A stretch of DNA of 64,000 bases, taken from Piromyces finnis finn (taxonomy: Eukaryota; Fungi; Neocallimastigomycota). The position numbers and the translations under genes are program-made. Positions 26,874 through 42,100 of the stretch are shown in pieces (position 1 is the stretch's first letter; each line of letters begins with the position of its first letter). The notes below the pieces were generated by a model, which saw only the letters and a program-made list of their open reading frames with translations, was not told the DNA's origin and did not search any database. The stretch lies in the NCBI GenBank assembly GCA_002104945.1, contig MCFH01000017.1:800660-864659 (forward strand). The letters are read 5' to 3'.

Positions 26874-28005
26874 TGTGAAGATATTAACTGGATTTAAAAC
26901 AAATTCAGATAATATCTATAATTAATTAAACATAATAATTATAATTAAATAATTTCAATAATTATTTTAAAACACTTTTAAAAGTCACCTTTTAAATTTT
27001 GATTCAGTGAAAGGGTTATGATTTCAAAAATTTAATATCAATACACTATAACCCTTAACCAAAAATAAGCAAGTACGAAATAAGGTGTAACTCGCCAAAA
27101 ACGATCGCTACGGCTGTAAGTGCTACGGTGATGAAACTAGGTTTATTGGAAAGCTTAGGAAGAAAGCTACAATTTGGTACAATTGCGGTCCTTCTAACTG
27201 ATCATTTAAGGAAGTTATGATCATTTAAAGATTTTATTAGGTAAATTAAAATCAATATGATATCAAGTATGGATCATAAATATTTCTTATGACTTGATGA
27301 AATTAAAAATATATCAATAGGAATTTTAGTTATATTAATTTAATTAATGATAACGATTGTTACTAAAAATAGAACTAGACCCATTTAGGTGTAACAGTTA
27401 ACACCTATAAATTAAATAATCTTAATTATTATAAAATAGGTTAACGGCAAGTTTTATTAGAAATAATTTTGAAAATAATAATTATTTAATTATAACAAAT
27501 ATGTTATGGTAATATCAATTAATAATGATGAATTATTAATTGAATAGTTTTTATAATTACTAATTAGGATCAACTGTTTAAATGATTAATCATATGTTTA
27601 TTTTATTTTATGTCATGACAAACAAACAAACAAACAAACAATCTTATTACTTATTTAATTATATTACTAATATATTACATGTAATACTTTATTCTTATTA
27701 ATATCAATTTAATAATCTGAACAAAGAATATAAAAGAGAATGAATTGAATTCGATTTTAATTCTTTGTAAAGATTATAGTTATAATCTTAATTATATAGT
27801 TACTTATAATATCATTTATATTATTATTATTAAATAAATAAAAAATTTATAAAAAGTTATTTTAAAGTAAATATAAATTTTTCATTTTTCATTTGGGAGT
27901 TTAAGGTGTTATTTTATAACTAAATTTAATTTCTTAAAAAACATTTTTACTATATAATTAATAACATTCTGACCTGGCCGCATAACCAAACCCAAAAACT
28001 TAACA
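26874..28005 (+). mobile_element. Solo LTR, family C
   Basis: Matches the element 3 LTRs (51108-52244); flanked by TATAT on both sides. Confidence 0.9.
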
Positions 28006-28584
28006 TATATTAATTAACAAATATAATACGCTTTCCTATTGAAGGCGTAAAGCTAATAATATTTATATAAAGAAATTTAAATAATATTTTTATTTTAGCA
28101 ATAACTTAATATCAGCATATATTAAGTTATTAAAAATATTAAAATTTTTAAAGTTTTAGGTTTTATAGGAGTTTATAAATTTTATTAACTTTAAGTTAAA
28201 AAAATTACTAACGCTAAAGCTTCGTAATTTTTGTCAATTTTTGTTCTTTTTATACATGAACAATTTTAATTATTACATTTTTTAATTTTAATTAATTATT
28301 ATCTAATTATAAAATATTTAATTTTTATAAATTAATAATTAATATAATTATTGTAAATAGTTAATAAATTTAAAATAAAATTTTTAATAATAAAATTTTA
28401 ATAATTTTAAAAAATTTAATAATTTCAAATATTAGAAATTTTATACTTTGAAATTTTTTAATAAAAATTTAAAAAATAAATTTTTTCAAATTTTCAAATT
28501 TTCAAATTTTAAAAAAAATTTTTAATTTTTTCCATGTGTCCAAATTTTTTAAATTTTTATATATGTTATTGTGACATTTAACCT

Positions 28585-29708
28585 TGATACGCTACTCACA
28601 TAAAAACATGATAAAAACTAGCTGAATAAACACGACTTAACCCATAGTAACTTATAATAAAAATAAACAATAATAACCCTTAAAGATGAATGAATAATAA
28701 TTTTATGAAAATATAACCCTTTCTTTAAATAAATAATATTATCTTTATTATATAATAAATTCTGAGTAAAAACGACCTAATAGTGATAATAATAAAATAA
28801 ATTATTAAATAAAATAAATTATTAAATAAAATAAAACGACTTAATCCAATAATGTACTAAAATAATAAAATAATAATAAATAAATAAAAATGAATAAATA
28901 AACTAAAAATAAAATGATATACATCAAATTATTAATTCTAGTGTTTATCCAAGTGTTCTTTAGAAATTCTCTTAAACTTATAAATCAATAAATAACTAAT
29001 TGAGTAATTATTACTAAAATGATAAACTTAAAACCTGGAAATAGAACAATAATAACAATTCCAAAGATAAAATACAGAACTCTTTTATGTTTCTGTATAA
29101 AATGAGTGTTTATAATAATTGATACTTTTAATATTTTAATTTTGTTAAATTTTTATTTTAATTTTATTTTAATTTTATTTTAATATTATTTTAATTTTAA
29201 ATTTTAATTATTTTATTCAAGGTATTATACATTTAATGATAGTCAATGATAATTTATAATAATTTTTCTAAATTTAAACATTTTGAAGTAATAAGAAAAT
29301 CAAATAAGTAATATTCTATAATATTTTATAATACTAAGACATAATTTTAATTTATTCTTTTAATTTTAATAAATAATAACAATAGTAATAATAACATTTA
29401 ATAGTTAAAAATAATAATACATGTAATAAATGAAAATGTATAAAAGGAAGATAAAATTCTTCTTTATAAAGGCGGACAATAAATAGAGAATAAAAAGACC
29501 ATAAACAGATAATAAATAAATTATAAAATATAATAAAGATTTAATTTAAAACATAATAAGAGTTTATTTTCGAGTTTTGAGTGATTTATTTGTTAATTAT
29601 AAAACATATTTTATTTTATTTTAAATTTATTGTTTCATCATTATAATATAGAATTTATTATTTATTAAAAACATTATATTATTCACAAATATATCGGTCA
29701 ACGCATCA
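28585..29708 (+). mobile_element. Putative solo LTR, family E
   Basis: TGATACGCT...CGCATCA, flanked by ACCT on both sides and followed directly by another E copy. Confidence 0.7.
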
Positions 29709-30905
29709 ACCTTGATACGCTACTCATATAAAAACATGATATAAACTAGCTGAATAAACACGACTTAACCCATAGTAACTTATAATAAAAATAAACAATA
29801 ATAATCCTTAAAAATGAATGAATAATAATTTTATGAAAATATAACCCTTTCTTTAAATAAATAATATTATCTTTATTATATAATAAATTCTGAGTAAAAA
29901 CGACCTAATAGTGATAATAATAAAATAAATTATTAAATAAAATAAATTATTAAATAAAATAAAACGACTTAATCCAATAATGTACTAAAATAATAAAATA
30001 ATAATAAATAAATAAAAATGAATAAATAAACTAAAAAAATAAAATGATATACATCAAATTATTAATTCTAGTGTTTATCCAAGTGTTCTTTAGAAATTCT
30101 CTTAAACTTATAAATTAAAAAAATAACTAATTGAGTAATTATTACTAAAATGATAAACTTAAAACCTGGAAATAGAACAATAATAACAATTCCAAAGATA
30201 AAATACAGAACTCTTTTATGTTTCTGTATAAAATGAGTGTTTATAATAATTGATACTTTTAATATTTTAATTTTGTTAAATTTTTATTTTAATTTTATTT
30301 TAATTTTATTTTAATATTATTTTAATTTTAAATTTTAATTATTTTATTCAAGGTATTATACATTTAATGATAGTCAATGATAATTTATAATAATTTTTCT
30401 AAATTTAAACATTTTGAAGTAATAAGAAAAATCAAATAAGTAATATTCTATAATATTTTATAATACTAAGACATAATTTTAATTTATTCTTTTAATTTTA
30501 ATAAATAATAGCAATAGTAATAATAATATTTAATAGTTAAAAATAATAATACATGTAATAAATGAAAATGTATAAAAGGAAGATAAAATTCTTCTTTATA
30601 AAAAGGGGGACAATAAATAGAGAATAAAAAAGACAATAAACAGATAATAAATAAATTATAGAAATAGAATATAATAAAGATTTAATTTAAAACATAATAA
30701 GAGTTTATTTTCGAGTTTTGAGTGATTTATTTGTTAATTATAAAACATATTTTTATTTTATTTTAAATTTATTGTTTCATCATAATAATATAGAATTTAT
30801 TATTTATTAAAAACATTATATTATTCACAAATATATCGGTCAACGCATCAACCCTGATAAATAATAATTATAAATATATTATAAATTTGATATTAGTAGA
30901 AAATT

Positions 30906-31932
30906 TGTCACGAATACTAGTGAAATCTACAATTTCAAGATCACTTGAAATTGTGAAATTACTTATAAAATTTCAAAATCAATAATATTTTATTTTCAAA
31001 TAAATTATAAAATTATATTAAGAAATATTTAAAAAATTTAGAAAAGGTTAAGATATGACCTTAACCCTTAATAAAATTTATAATAAATAACTTTAACCCT
31101 TATCGTCAAAATTAAATAAGGAAAAACACGCGTATCTCCTTAACGAATAGCGATTTTTGAATAATGGTTGGGAGATTGTGGGTTCGTTAGAAAGTCACGC
31201 TCGAGATAAACAACATATCTTAAAATCAGGTCAATATCTCTGCTGGTTCACGAGATATTTCAATTTAAAGATATTTTGTTAGTAATGATTAATTGTTTAT
31301 TCAGAGAATGATCACCCCTGATGTATTGACATAAATCATTCACCCAAAAGGATATAAATTATTGTTTTAATTAAATTAAAATTATTTTCCGGAATTAATT
31401 AACTTTATTTTATAATAATTATTTCAATAACATAACTTATAATCTTTGAATTAAAAGATTATAATTATTAAAATTATATGCAATGAATTATATTATAATT
31501 AAGAAATAATTAATATTATAAATATATAAACAATAGTTATTTTTAATAATTAGTAATAAGTCTTAAGTTTAGTTTTAGTATTATAAAATATATTATGAAT
31601 ATAATCATGTATTAAAAAGTTATTTTATTATTAAATGTAAAATTACAATTAGTATAAATAGTTTAGAATAATTTTATGAAATTAAATCTTTGTAAAGATT
31701 ATTATCTTATTAATACTTAATAAGTATTATTATTAAATAATCTTATTATTATATATATTATTTAAATAAAATAAAAGAAATTATTTTAACCATAATACAT
31801 AACTTAATTATTCATTTATAAAGCAATTAAGATTATTTTAATAAAACATTTTTTTTCTAACCTAGTTATCTTTAATCTTTTATTTAATTTAATATTTTAA
31901 TATTAAATTATAAGTTTAGTAAAACTTTTACA
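30906..31932 (+). mobile_element. Solo LTR, subfamily A', inserted in an F fragment (repeated in each array unit)
   Basis: TGTCACGAAT...TTTTACA with TSD AAATT; the flanks rejoin into the reverse complement of the LTR F terminus. Confidence 0.88.
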
Positions 31933-31985
31933 AAATTTTATTATAAAATAATTATTAAATAATTTTATATAGTTTAGTACAAAAA

Positions 31986-32170
31986 TAGAAGAAAAATGGT
32001 CAATCCCGTAAATTTAAACTTAAACGTCCCAAAATTTCTAAGAAAGTTATATTCAATAAAAATAATTATCATATAATTATAATTATTTAATTCATACCTT
32101 CTTATCCGAAAAGCCAGAAGAAGTAAGTAATTTAGAAGAACATATTATTGAGGATATTCCAGAACATACT
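31986..32170 (+). pseudogene. Decayed fragment of element-3-family pol (PR-RT linker)
   Basis: Aligns with ~54016-54200, e.g. CCGAAAAGCCAGAAGAAGTAAGTAATTTAGAAGAACATATTATTGAGGATATTCC versus CCGAAAAACCAGAAGAAGTAAGCAATTTAGAAGAACATACTATTGAGGATATTCC. Confidence 0.8.
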
Positions 32171-32852
32171 ATTTAATAAAATATTCTATTATTCAAAAAT
32201 ATATCGGTTAATGTATCAATTAAAAATATATGTAACCTTTTATTTTCTTGTTATCTAGTAATTGATTTTTTTAATATAATCATTTATTACTTGAATAAAA
32301 ATTGGGTATAATATATTCTAGTAATTTTAATTAAAGTAAGAAAGCCACTATTATACTAAAGTATAGTAATTGTATTCGACTTTCAATGGGATACCGAGTC
32401 AAAAATCAAATTTTTGTCATGGGATAAAATTATGATCTCCATTAGTTGCGCTGACCCTCATGGTCTGTCTTATAGTTTCTTCAACATTGACGCTCTTAAC
32501 TGTTGCTTCAAACCTTTTGAACATTGACCATTGCTAGCCATTAACATAAGACATTATTTTGGTTAGAAGTTCCGCTGTTACCGTCAAGAATGGTGTTCCT
32601 TCGTAAGTGCCCGATTGAATCTGACACTTGCAAAGTTCTTTCCATTCCCTTGAATTGAAATTGATATTGTTAAAATTTCTTTCCTCAAGAAGGAATTAAA
32701 ATATTTTATTGTACACATTAAAATAATCATACACATTAATATTCACCGGATTATTAGAACTATTACTATTATTAACTAAATTACTATCTAAATTATAATT
32801 GTTATCTTCACTATAGCTATTATTAATAATATATTAAAATTATTATTAAAAC

Positions 32853-32977
<125 letters not shown>

Positions 32978-33555
32978 TTGATAGGACTGTTGGAATATCC
33001 ACTTCTTGCTTTCAATAGGCAAGTAGAAACCCAAAAAAAATTTGAGTACTCATAATATAATTTAATAAAATCTTTAGTTTCAATAAATTTATTATCATCA
33101 TAATATTACGCTTTGATTGAATTTCCTTTGAGATCTTTCCAATAAAAGTTTTTAACTGATTTAGCATCTCCATGCTTCTTTAATTTTTTATCAAGAGTCC
33201 TACATAATTCCATGTATACCATGTATATTTTCTAAATTTAGGAATGTAATTGACAAGGTATGAAATAATACATTTTGAGTTTTTCTACTTGTTAAAACAT
33301 CTAATCTGAGCTAATGCGCATTTTGCTAACAATGAATGAATATTCATATCTTCTGAAATAGAGTATATATATATAAACAATACAGCTTTATGAACACCGG
33401 CTATAATTAGGAGAATAGAGGAAAGCCGACTTGACTTCATTATTACTAATATCTTAGCTGGTGTCTCATTCATCAAACATAAGGGTAATGGCAAAATTAT
33501 TACTTTAATAAAATAAAATTATTACTTTGATAAAACAAAAAAAAAATTAAAAGTA

Positions 33556-33627
33556 AGGGGCGTTCCGGATTTGAACCGAAGACCTATTGATCTGCAGTCA
33601 ATTGCTCTACCGCTGAGCTAACACCCC
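33556..33627 (-). tRNA. tRNA-Cys(GCA), copy 1
   Basis: GGGGTGTTAGCTCAGCGGTAGAGCAATTGACTGCAGATCAATAGGTCTTCGGTTCAAATCCGGAACGCCCCT; anticodon GCA, U discriminator, downstream T-run terminator. Confidence 0.95.
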
Positions 33628-33692
33628 ACTTTTGTTATTTTGTCACAATAACATATATAAAAATTTAAAAAATTTGGACACATGGAAAAAAT

Positions 33693-34723
33693 TGTCACGA
33701 ATACTAGTGAAATTACAATTTCAAGATCACTTGGAATTGTGAAATCACTTATGAAAATTCAAAATCAACAAATATTTTATTTTCAAATAAATTATAAAAT
33801 TTTATTAAGAAATATTTAAAAATTTAGAAAAGGTTAAAATATGACCTTAACCCTTAATAATTTTTATAATAAATAACTTTAACCCTTATCGTTAAAATGG
33901 AATAAGAAAAAACACGCGTATCTCCTCAACGAATGACGATTTTTGAATAATAATATTTTGGTTATAATTAAGTTCGTTAGAAAGCCACGCTCGAGACAAA
34001 CAACATATCTTAAAATCAGGTCAATATCTCTGCTGGTTCACGAGATATTTCAATTTAAAGATATTTTGTTAGTAATGATTAATTGTTTATTCAGAGAATG
34101 ATCACCCCTGATGTATTGACATAAATCATTCACCCAAAAGGATATAAATTATTGTTTTAATTAAATTAAAATTATTTTCCGGAATTAATTAACTTTATTT
34201 TATAATAATTATTTCAATAACATAACTTATAATCTTTGAATTAAAAGATTATAATTATTAAAATTATATGCAATGAATTATATTATAATTAAGAAATAAT
34301 TAATATTATAAATATATAAACAATAGTTATTTTTAATAATTAGTAATAAGTCTTAAGTTTAGTTTTAGTATTATAAAATATATTATGAATATAATCATGT
34401 ACTAAAAAGTTATTTTAGTATTAAATGTAAAATTACAAATAGTATAAATAGTTTAGAATAGTTTTATGAATTAAATCTTTGTAAAGATTATTATCTTATT
34501 AATACTTAATAAGTATTACTATTAAATAATCTTATTATTATATATATTCTTTAAATAAAATAAAAAGGAATTATTTTAACTATAATACATAATATAATTA
34601 TTCATTTATAAATCAATTAAGATTATTTTAATAAAACATTTTTTTTCTAACCTAGTTATCTTTTAACCTTTTATTTAATTTGATATTTTAATATTAAATT
34701 ATAAGTTTAGTAAAACTTTTACA
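33693..34723 (+). mobile_element. LTR A'' (A/A' mosaic), inserted in a D fragment (33641-33692); repeated in units 2 and 3
   Basis: Family A termini; no matching TSD (left flank is LTR D, right flank is directly LTR F). Confidence 0.85.
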
Positions 34724-35284
34724 TGTTATCTTATATTGTTTTATCTCGACAGCTATTGTACGAGCTTTAACAATATCTACTAGTTTTATTAATTTATTTT
34801 AAGTTATTTTATAGTTTTAATAGTTTTATTATTTTAATAATATTTATATAGAATAATAACACCAGATTTATTCTATAAAATATTATTTATTATTAACACA
34901 ATAATTACAAATTAGACAAGTTTAATTTCGTTTTTATATTTTCTTTTATTTATTGTTCTTACGCTCTTTTTAACAATAATTTTTATTATATAAAAACTTA
35001 TTTTTGTCTTTTAAATATTATTATGTATTCACTAATTAATTATATTAACTATTATTAAAATTTAACTTATTATTAATAATCTAAGTCTTCTCATTTTCTA
35101 CTAAAAATTATTATTATTCTTTATATTAAAAATGATTTTTATAATATATAAATTTATAAAATATTTGATTTTATGTAAATTATATTTTTGTACTAAACTA
35201 TATAAAATTATTTAATAATTATTTTTATAATAAAATATTCTACTAATATCAAATGTATAATATATTTATAATTATTATTTATCA
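34724..35284 (+). mobile_element. Putative solo LTR, family F (repeated in units 2 and 3)
   Basis: Homologous to 2729-3292. Confidence 0.6.
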
Positions 35285-38200
35285 ACCTTGATACGCTACT
35301 CATATAAAAACATGATATAAACTAGCTGAATAAACACGACTTAACCCATAGTAACTTATAATAAAAATAAACAATAATAATCCTTAAAAATGAATGAATA
35401 ATAATTTTATGAAAATATAACCCTTTCTTTAAATAAATAATATTATCTTTATTATATAATAAATTCTGAGTAAAAACGACCTAATAGTGATAATAATAAA
35501 ATAAATTATTAAATAAAATAAATTATTAAATAAAATAAAACGACTTAATCCAATAATGTACTAAAATAATAAAATAATAATAAATAAATAAAAATGAATA
35601 AATAAACTAAAAATAAAATGATATACATCAAATTATTAATTCTAGTGTTTATCCAAGTGTTCTTTAGAAATACTCTTAAACTTATAAATTAAAAAAATAA
35701 CTAATTGAGTAATTATTACTAAAATGACAAACTTAAAACCTGGAAATAGAACAATAATAACAATTCCAAAGATAAAATACAGAACTCTTTTATGTTTCTG
35801 TATAAAATGAGTGTTTATAATAATTGATACTTTTAATATTTTAATTTTGTTAAATTTTTATTTTAATTTTATTTTAATTTTATTTTAATATTATTTTAAT
35901 TTTAAATTTTAATTATTTTATTCAAGGTATTATACATTTAATGATAGTCAATGATAATTTATAATAATTTTTCTAAATTTAAACATTTTGAAGTAATAAG
36001 AAAATCAAATAAGTAATATTCTATAATATTTTATAATACTAAGACATAATTTTAATTTATTCTTTTAATTTTAATAAATAATAGCAATAGTAATAATAAT
36101 ATTTAATAGTTAAAAATAATAATACATGTAATAAATGAAAATGTATAAAAGGAAGATAAAATTCTTCTTTATAAAAAGGGGGACAATAAATAGAGAATAA
36201 AAAAGACAATAAACAGATAATAAATAAATTATAGAAATAGAATATAATAAAGATTTAATTTAAAACATAATAAGAGTTTATTTTCGAGTTTTGAGTGATT
36301 TATTTGTTAATTATAAAACATATTTTTATTTTATTTTAAATTTATTGTTTCATCATAATAATATAGAATTTATTATTTATTAAAAACATTATATTATTCA
36401 CAAATATATCGGTCAACGCATCAACCCTGATAAATAATAATTATAAATATATTATAAATTTGATATTAGTAGAAAATTTGTCACGAATACTAGTGAAATC
36501 TACAATTTCAAGATCACTTGAAATTGTGAAATTACTTATAAAATTTCAAAATCAATAATATTTTATTTTCAAATAAATTATAAAATTATATTAAGAAATA
36601 TTTAAAAAATTTAGAAAAGGTTAAGATATGACCTTAACCCTTAATAAAATTTATAATAAATAACTTTAACCCTTATCGTCAAAATTAAATAAGGAAAAAC
36701 ACGCGTATCTCCTTAACGAATAGCGATTTTTGAATAATGGTTGGGAGATTGTGGGTTCGTTAGAAAGTCACGCTCGAGATAAACAACATATCTTAAAATC
36801 AGGTCAATATCTCTGCTGGTTCACGAGATATTTCAATTTAAAGATATTTTGTTAGTAATGATTAATTGTTTATTCAGAGAATGATCACCCCTGATGTATT
36901 GACATAAATCATTCACCCAAAAGGATATAAATTATTGTTTTAATTAAATTAAAATTATTTTCCGGAATTAATTAACTTTATTTTATAATAATTATTTCAA
37001 TAACATAACTTATAATCTTTGAATTAAAAGATTATAATTATTAAAATTATATGCAATGAATTATATTATAATTAAGAAATAATTAATATTATAAATATAT
37101 AAACAATAGTTATTTTTAATAATTAGTAATAAGTCTTAAGTTTAGTTTTAGTATTATAAAATATATTATGAATATAATCATGTATTAAAAAGTTATTTTA
37201 TTATTAAATGTAAAATTACAATTAGTATAAATAGTTTAGAATAATTTTATGAAATTAAATCTTTGTAAAGATTATTATCTTATTAATACTTAATAAGTAT
37301 TATTATTAAATAATCTTATTATTATATATATTATTTAAATAAAATAAAAGAAATTATTTTAACCATAATACATAACTTAATTATTCATTTATAAAGCAAT
37401 TAAGATTATTTTAATAAAACATTTTTTTTCTAACCTAGTTATCTTTAATCTTTTATTTAATTTAATATTTTAATATTAAATTATAAGTTTAGTAAAACTT
37501 TTACAAAATTTTATTATAAAATAATTATTAAATAATTTTATATAGTTTAGTACAAAAATAGAAGAAAAATGGTCAATCCCGTAAATTTAAACTTAAACGT
37601 CCCAAAATTTCTAAGAAAGTTATATTCAATAAAAATAATTATCATATAATTATAATTATTTAATTCATACCTTCTTATCCGAAAAGCCAGAAGAAGTAAG
37701 TAATTTAGAAGAACATATTATTGAGGATATTCCAGAACATACTATTTAATAAAATATTCTATTATTCAAAAATATATCGGTTAATGTATCAATTAAAAAT
37801 ATATGTAACCTTTTATTTTCTTGTTATCTAGTAATTGATTTTTTTAATATAATCATTTATTACTTGAATAAAAATTGGGTATAATATATTCTAGTAATTT
37901 TAATTAAAGTAAGAAAGCCACTATTATACTAAAGTATAGTAATTGTATTCGACTTTCAATGGGATACCGAGTCAAAAATCAAATTTTTGTCATGGGATAA
38001 AATTATGATCTCCATTAGTTGCGCTGACCCTCATGGTCTGTCTTATAGTTTCTTCAACATTGACGCTCTTAACTGTTGCTTCAAACCTTTTGAACATTGA
38101 CCATTGCTAGCCATTAACATAAGACATTATTTTGGTTAGAAGTTCCGCTGTTACCGTCAAGAATGGTGTTCCTTCGTAAGTGCCCGATTGAATCTGACAC

Positions 38201-38425
38201 TTGCAAAGTTCTTTCCATTCCCTTGAATTGAAATTGATATTGTTAAAATTTCTTTCCTCAAGAAGGAATTAAAATATTTTATTGTACACATTAAAATAAT
38301 CATACACATTAATATTCACCGGATTATTAGAACTATTACTATTATTAACTAAATTACTATCTAAATTATAATTGTTATCTTCACTATAGCTATTATTAAT
38401 AATATATTAAAATTATTATTAAAAC

Positions 38426-38544
<119 letters not shown>

Positions 38545-39123
38545 GTTGATAGGACTGTTGGAATATCCACTTCTTGCTTTCAATAGGCAAGTAGAAACCC
38601 AAAAAAAATTTGAGTACTCATAATATAATTTAATAAAATCTTTAGTTTCAATAAATTTATTATCATCATAATATTACGCTTTGATTGAATTTCCTTTGAG
38701 ATCTTTCCAATAAAAGTTTTTAACTGATTTAGCATCTCCATGCTTCTTTAATTTTTTATCAAGAGTCCTACATAATTCCATGTATACCATGTATATTTTC
38801 TAAATTTAGGAATGTAATTGACAAGGTATGAAATAATACATTTTGAGTTTTTCTACTTGTTAAAACATCTAATCTGAGCTAATGCGCATTTTGCTAACAA
38901 TGAATGAATATTCATATCTTCTGAAATAGAGTATATATATATAAACAATACAGCTTTATGAACACCGGCTATAATTAGGAGAATAGAGGAAAGCCGACTT
39001 GACTTCATTATTACTAATATCTTAGCTGGTGTCTCATTCATCAAACATAAGGGTAATGGCAAAATTATTACTTTAATAAAATAAAATTATTACTTTGATA
39101 AAACAAAAAAAAAATTAAAAGTA

Positions 39124-39195
39124 AGGGGCGTTCCGGATTTGAACCGAAGACCTATTGATCTGCAGTCAATTGCTCTACCGCTGAGCTAACACCCC
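39124..39195 (-). tRNA. tRNA-Cys(GCA), copy 2
   Basis: Identical to copy 1. Confidence 0.95.
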
Positions 39196-42100
39196 ACTTT
39201 TGTTATTTTGTCACAATAACATATATAAAAATTTAAAAAATTTGGACACATGGAAAAAATTGTCACGAATACTAGTGAAATTACAATTTCAAGATCACTT
39301 GGAATTGTGAAATCACTTATGAAAATTCAAAATCAACAAATATTTTATTTTCAAATAAATTATAAAATTTTATTAAGAAATATTTAAAAATTTAGAAAAG
39401 GTTAAAATATGACCTTAACCCTTAATAATTTTTATAATAAATAACTTTAACCCTTATCGTTAAAATGGAATAAGAAAAAACACGCGTATCTCCTCAACGA
39501 ATGACGATTTTTGAATAATAATATTTTGGTTATAATTAAGTTCGTTAGAAAGCCACGCTCGAGACAAACAACATATCTTAAAATCAGGTCAATATCTCTG
39601 CTGGTTCACGAGATATTTCAATTTAAAGATATTTTGTTAGTAATGATTAATTGTTTATTCAGAGAATGATCACCCCTGATGTATTGACATAAATCATTCA
39701 CCCAAAAGGATATAAATTATTGTTTTAATTAAATTAAAATTATTTTCCGGAATTAATTAACTTTATTTTATAATAATTATTTCAATAACATAACTTATAA
39801 TCTTTGAATTAAAAGATTATAATTATTAAAATTATATGCAATGAATTATATTATAATTAAGAAATAATTAATATTATAAATATATAAACAATAGTTATTT
39901 TTAATAATTAGTAATAAGTCTTAAGTTAGTTTTAGTATTATAAAATATATTATGAATATAATCATGTACTAAAAAGTTATTTTAGTATTAAATGTAAAAT
40001 TACAAATAGTATAAATAGTTTAGAATAGTTTTATGAATTAAATCTTTGTAAAGATTATTATCTTATTAATACTTAATAAGTATTACTATTAAATAATCTT
40101 ATTATTATATATATTCTTTAAATAAAATAAAAAGGAATTATTTTAACTATAATACATAATATAATTATTCATTTATAAATCAATTAAGATTATTTTAATA
40201 AAACATTTTTTTTCTAACCTAGTTATCTTTTAACCTTTTATTTAATTTGATATTTTAATATTAAATTATAAGTTTAGTAAAACTTTTACATGTTATCTTA
40301 TATTGTTTTATCTCGACAGCTATTGTACGAGCTTTAACAATATCTACTAGTTTTATTAATTTATTTTAAGTTATTTTATAGTTTTAATAGTTTTATTATT
40401 TTAATAATATTTATATAGAATAATAACACCAGATTTATTCTATAAAATATTATTTATTATTAACACAATAATTACAAATTAGACAAGTTTAATTTCGTTT
40501 TTATATTTTCTTTTATTTATTGTTCTTACGCTCTTTTTAACAATAATTTTTATTATATAAAAACTTATTTTTGTCTTTTAAATATTATTATGTATTCACT
40601 AATTAATTATATTAACTATTATTAAAATTTAACTTATTATTAATAATCTAAGTCTTCTCATTTTCTACTAAAAATTATTATTATTCTTTATATTAAAAAT
40701 GATTTTTATAATATATAAATTTATAAAATATTTGATTTTATGTAAATTATATTTTTGTACTAAACTATATAAAATTATTTAATAATTATTTTTATAATAA
40801 AATATTCTACTAATATCAAATGTATAATATATTTATAATTATTATTTATCAACCTTGATACGCTACTCATATAAAAACATGATATAAACTAGCTGAATAA
40901 ACACGACTTAACCCATAGTAACTTATAATAAAAATAAACAATAATAATCCTTAAAAATGAATGAATAATAATTTTATGAAAATATAACCCTTTCTTTAAA
41001 TAAATAATATTATCTTTATTATATAATAAATTCTGAGTAAAAACGACCTAATAGTGATAATAATAAAATAAATTATTAAATAAAATAAATTATTAAATAA
41101 AATAAAACGACTTAATCCAATAATGTACTAAAATAATAAAATAATAATAAATAAATAAAAATGAATAAATAAACTAAAAATAAAATGATATACATCAAAT
41201 TATTAATTCTAGTGTTTATCCAAGTGTTCTTTAGAAATACTCTTAAACTTATAAATTAAAAAAATAACTAATTGAGTAATTATTACTAAAATGACAAACT
41301 TAAAACCTGGAAATAGAACAATAATAACAATTCCAAAGATAAAATACAGAACTCTTTTATGTTTCTGTATAAAATGAGTGTTTATAATAATTGATACTTT
41401 TAATATTTTAATTTTGTTAAATTTTTATTTTAATTTTATTTTAATTTTATTTTAATATTATTTTAATTTTAAATTTTAATTATTTTATTCAAGGTATTAT
41501 ACATTTAATGATAGTCAATGATAATTTATAATAATTTTTCTAAATTTAAACATTTTGAAGTAATAAGAAAATCAAATAAGTAATATTCTATAATATTTTA
41601 TAATACTAAGACATAATTTTAATTTATTCTTTTAATTTTAATAAATAATAGCAATAGTAATAATAATATTTAATAGTTAAAAATAATAATACATGTAATA
41701 AATGAAAATGTATAAAAGGAAGATAAAATTCTTCTTTATAAAAAGGGGGACAATAAATAGAGAATAAAAAAGACAATAAACAGATAATAAATAAATTATA
41801 GAAATAGAATATAATAAAGATTTAATTTAAAACATAATAAGAGTTTATTTTCGAGTTTTGAGTGATTTATTTGTTAATTATAAAACATATTTTTATTTTA
41901 TTTTAAATTTATTGTTTCATCATAATAATATAGAATTTATTATTTATTAAAAACATTATATTATTCACAAATATATCGGTCAACGCATCAACCCTGATAA
42001 ATAATAATTATAAATATATTATAAATTTGATATTAGTAGAAAATTTGTCACGAATACTAGTGAAATCTACAATTTCAAGATCACTTGAAATTGTGAAATT

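Larger units (their letters stand above)
25697..28576 (-). mobile_element. Solo LTR, family D, interrupted by solo LTRs A and C
   Basis: TGTCAAAAAG...TTGTGACA with TSD TTTAA; the same sequence is the 3' LTR of element 4 (51053-60360). Confidence 0.85.

Noticed and set aside
33285-33494. 69-aa ORF repeated three times as a possible cargo gene
   Set aside because: It lies in the decayed LINE remnant, has no recognisable motif, and is disrupted by the poly(A) insertion in unit 4. Identity between copies reflects only the tandem duplication.
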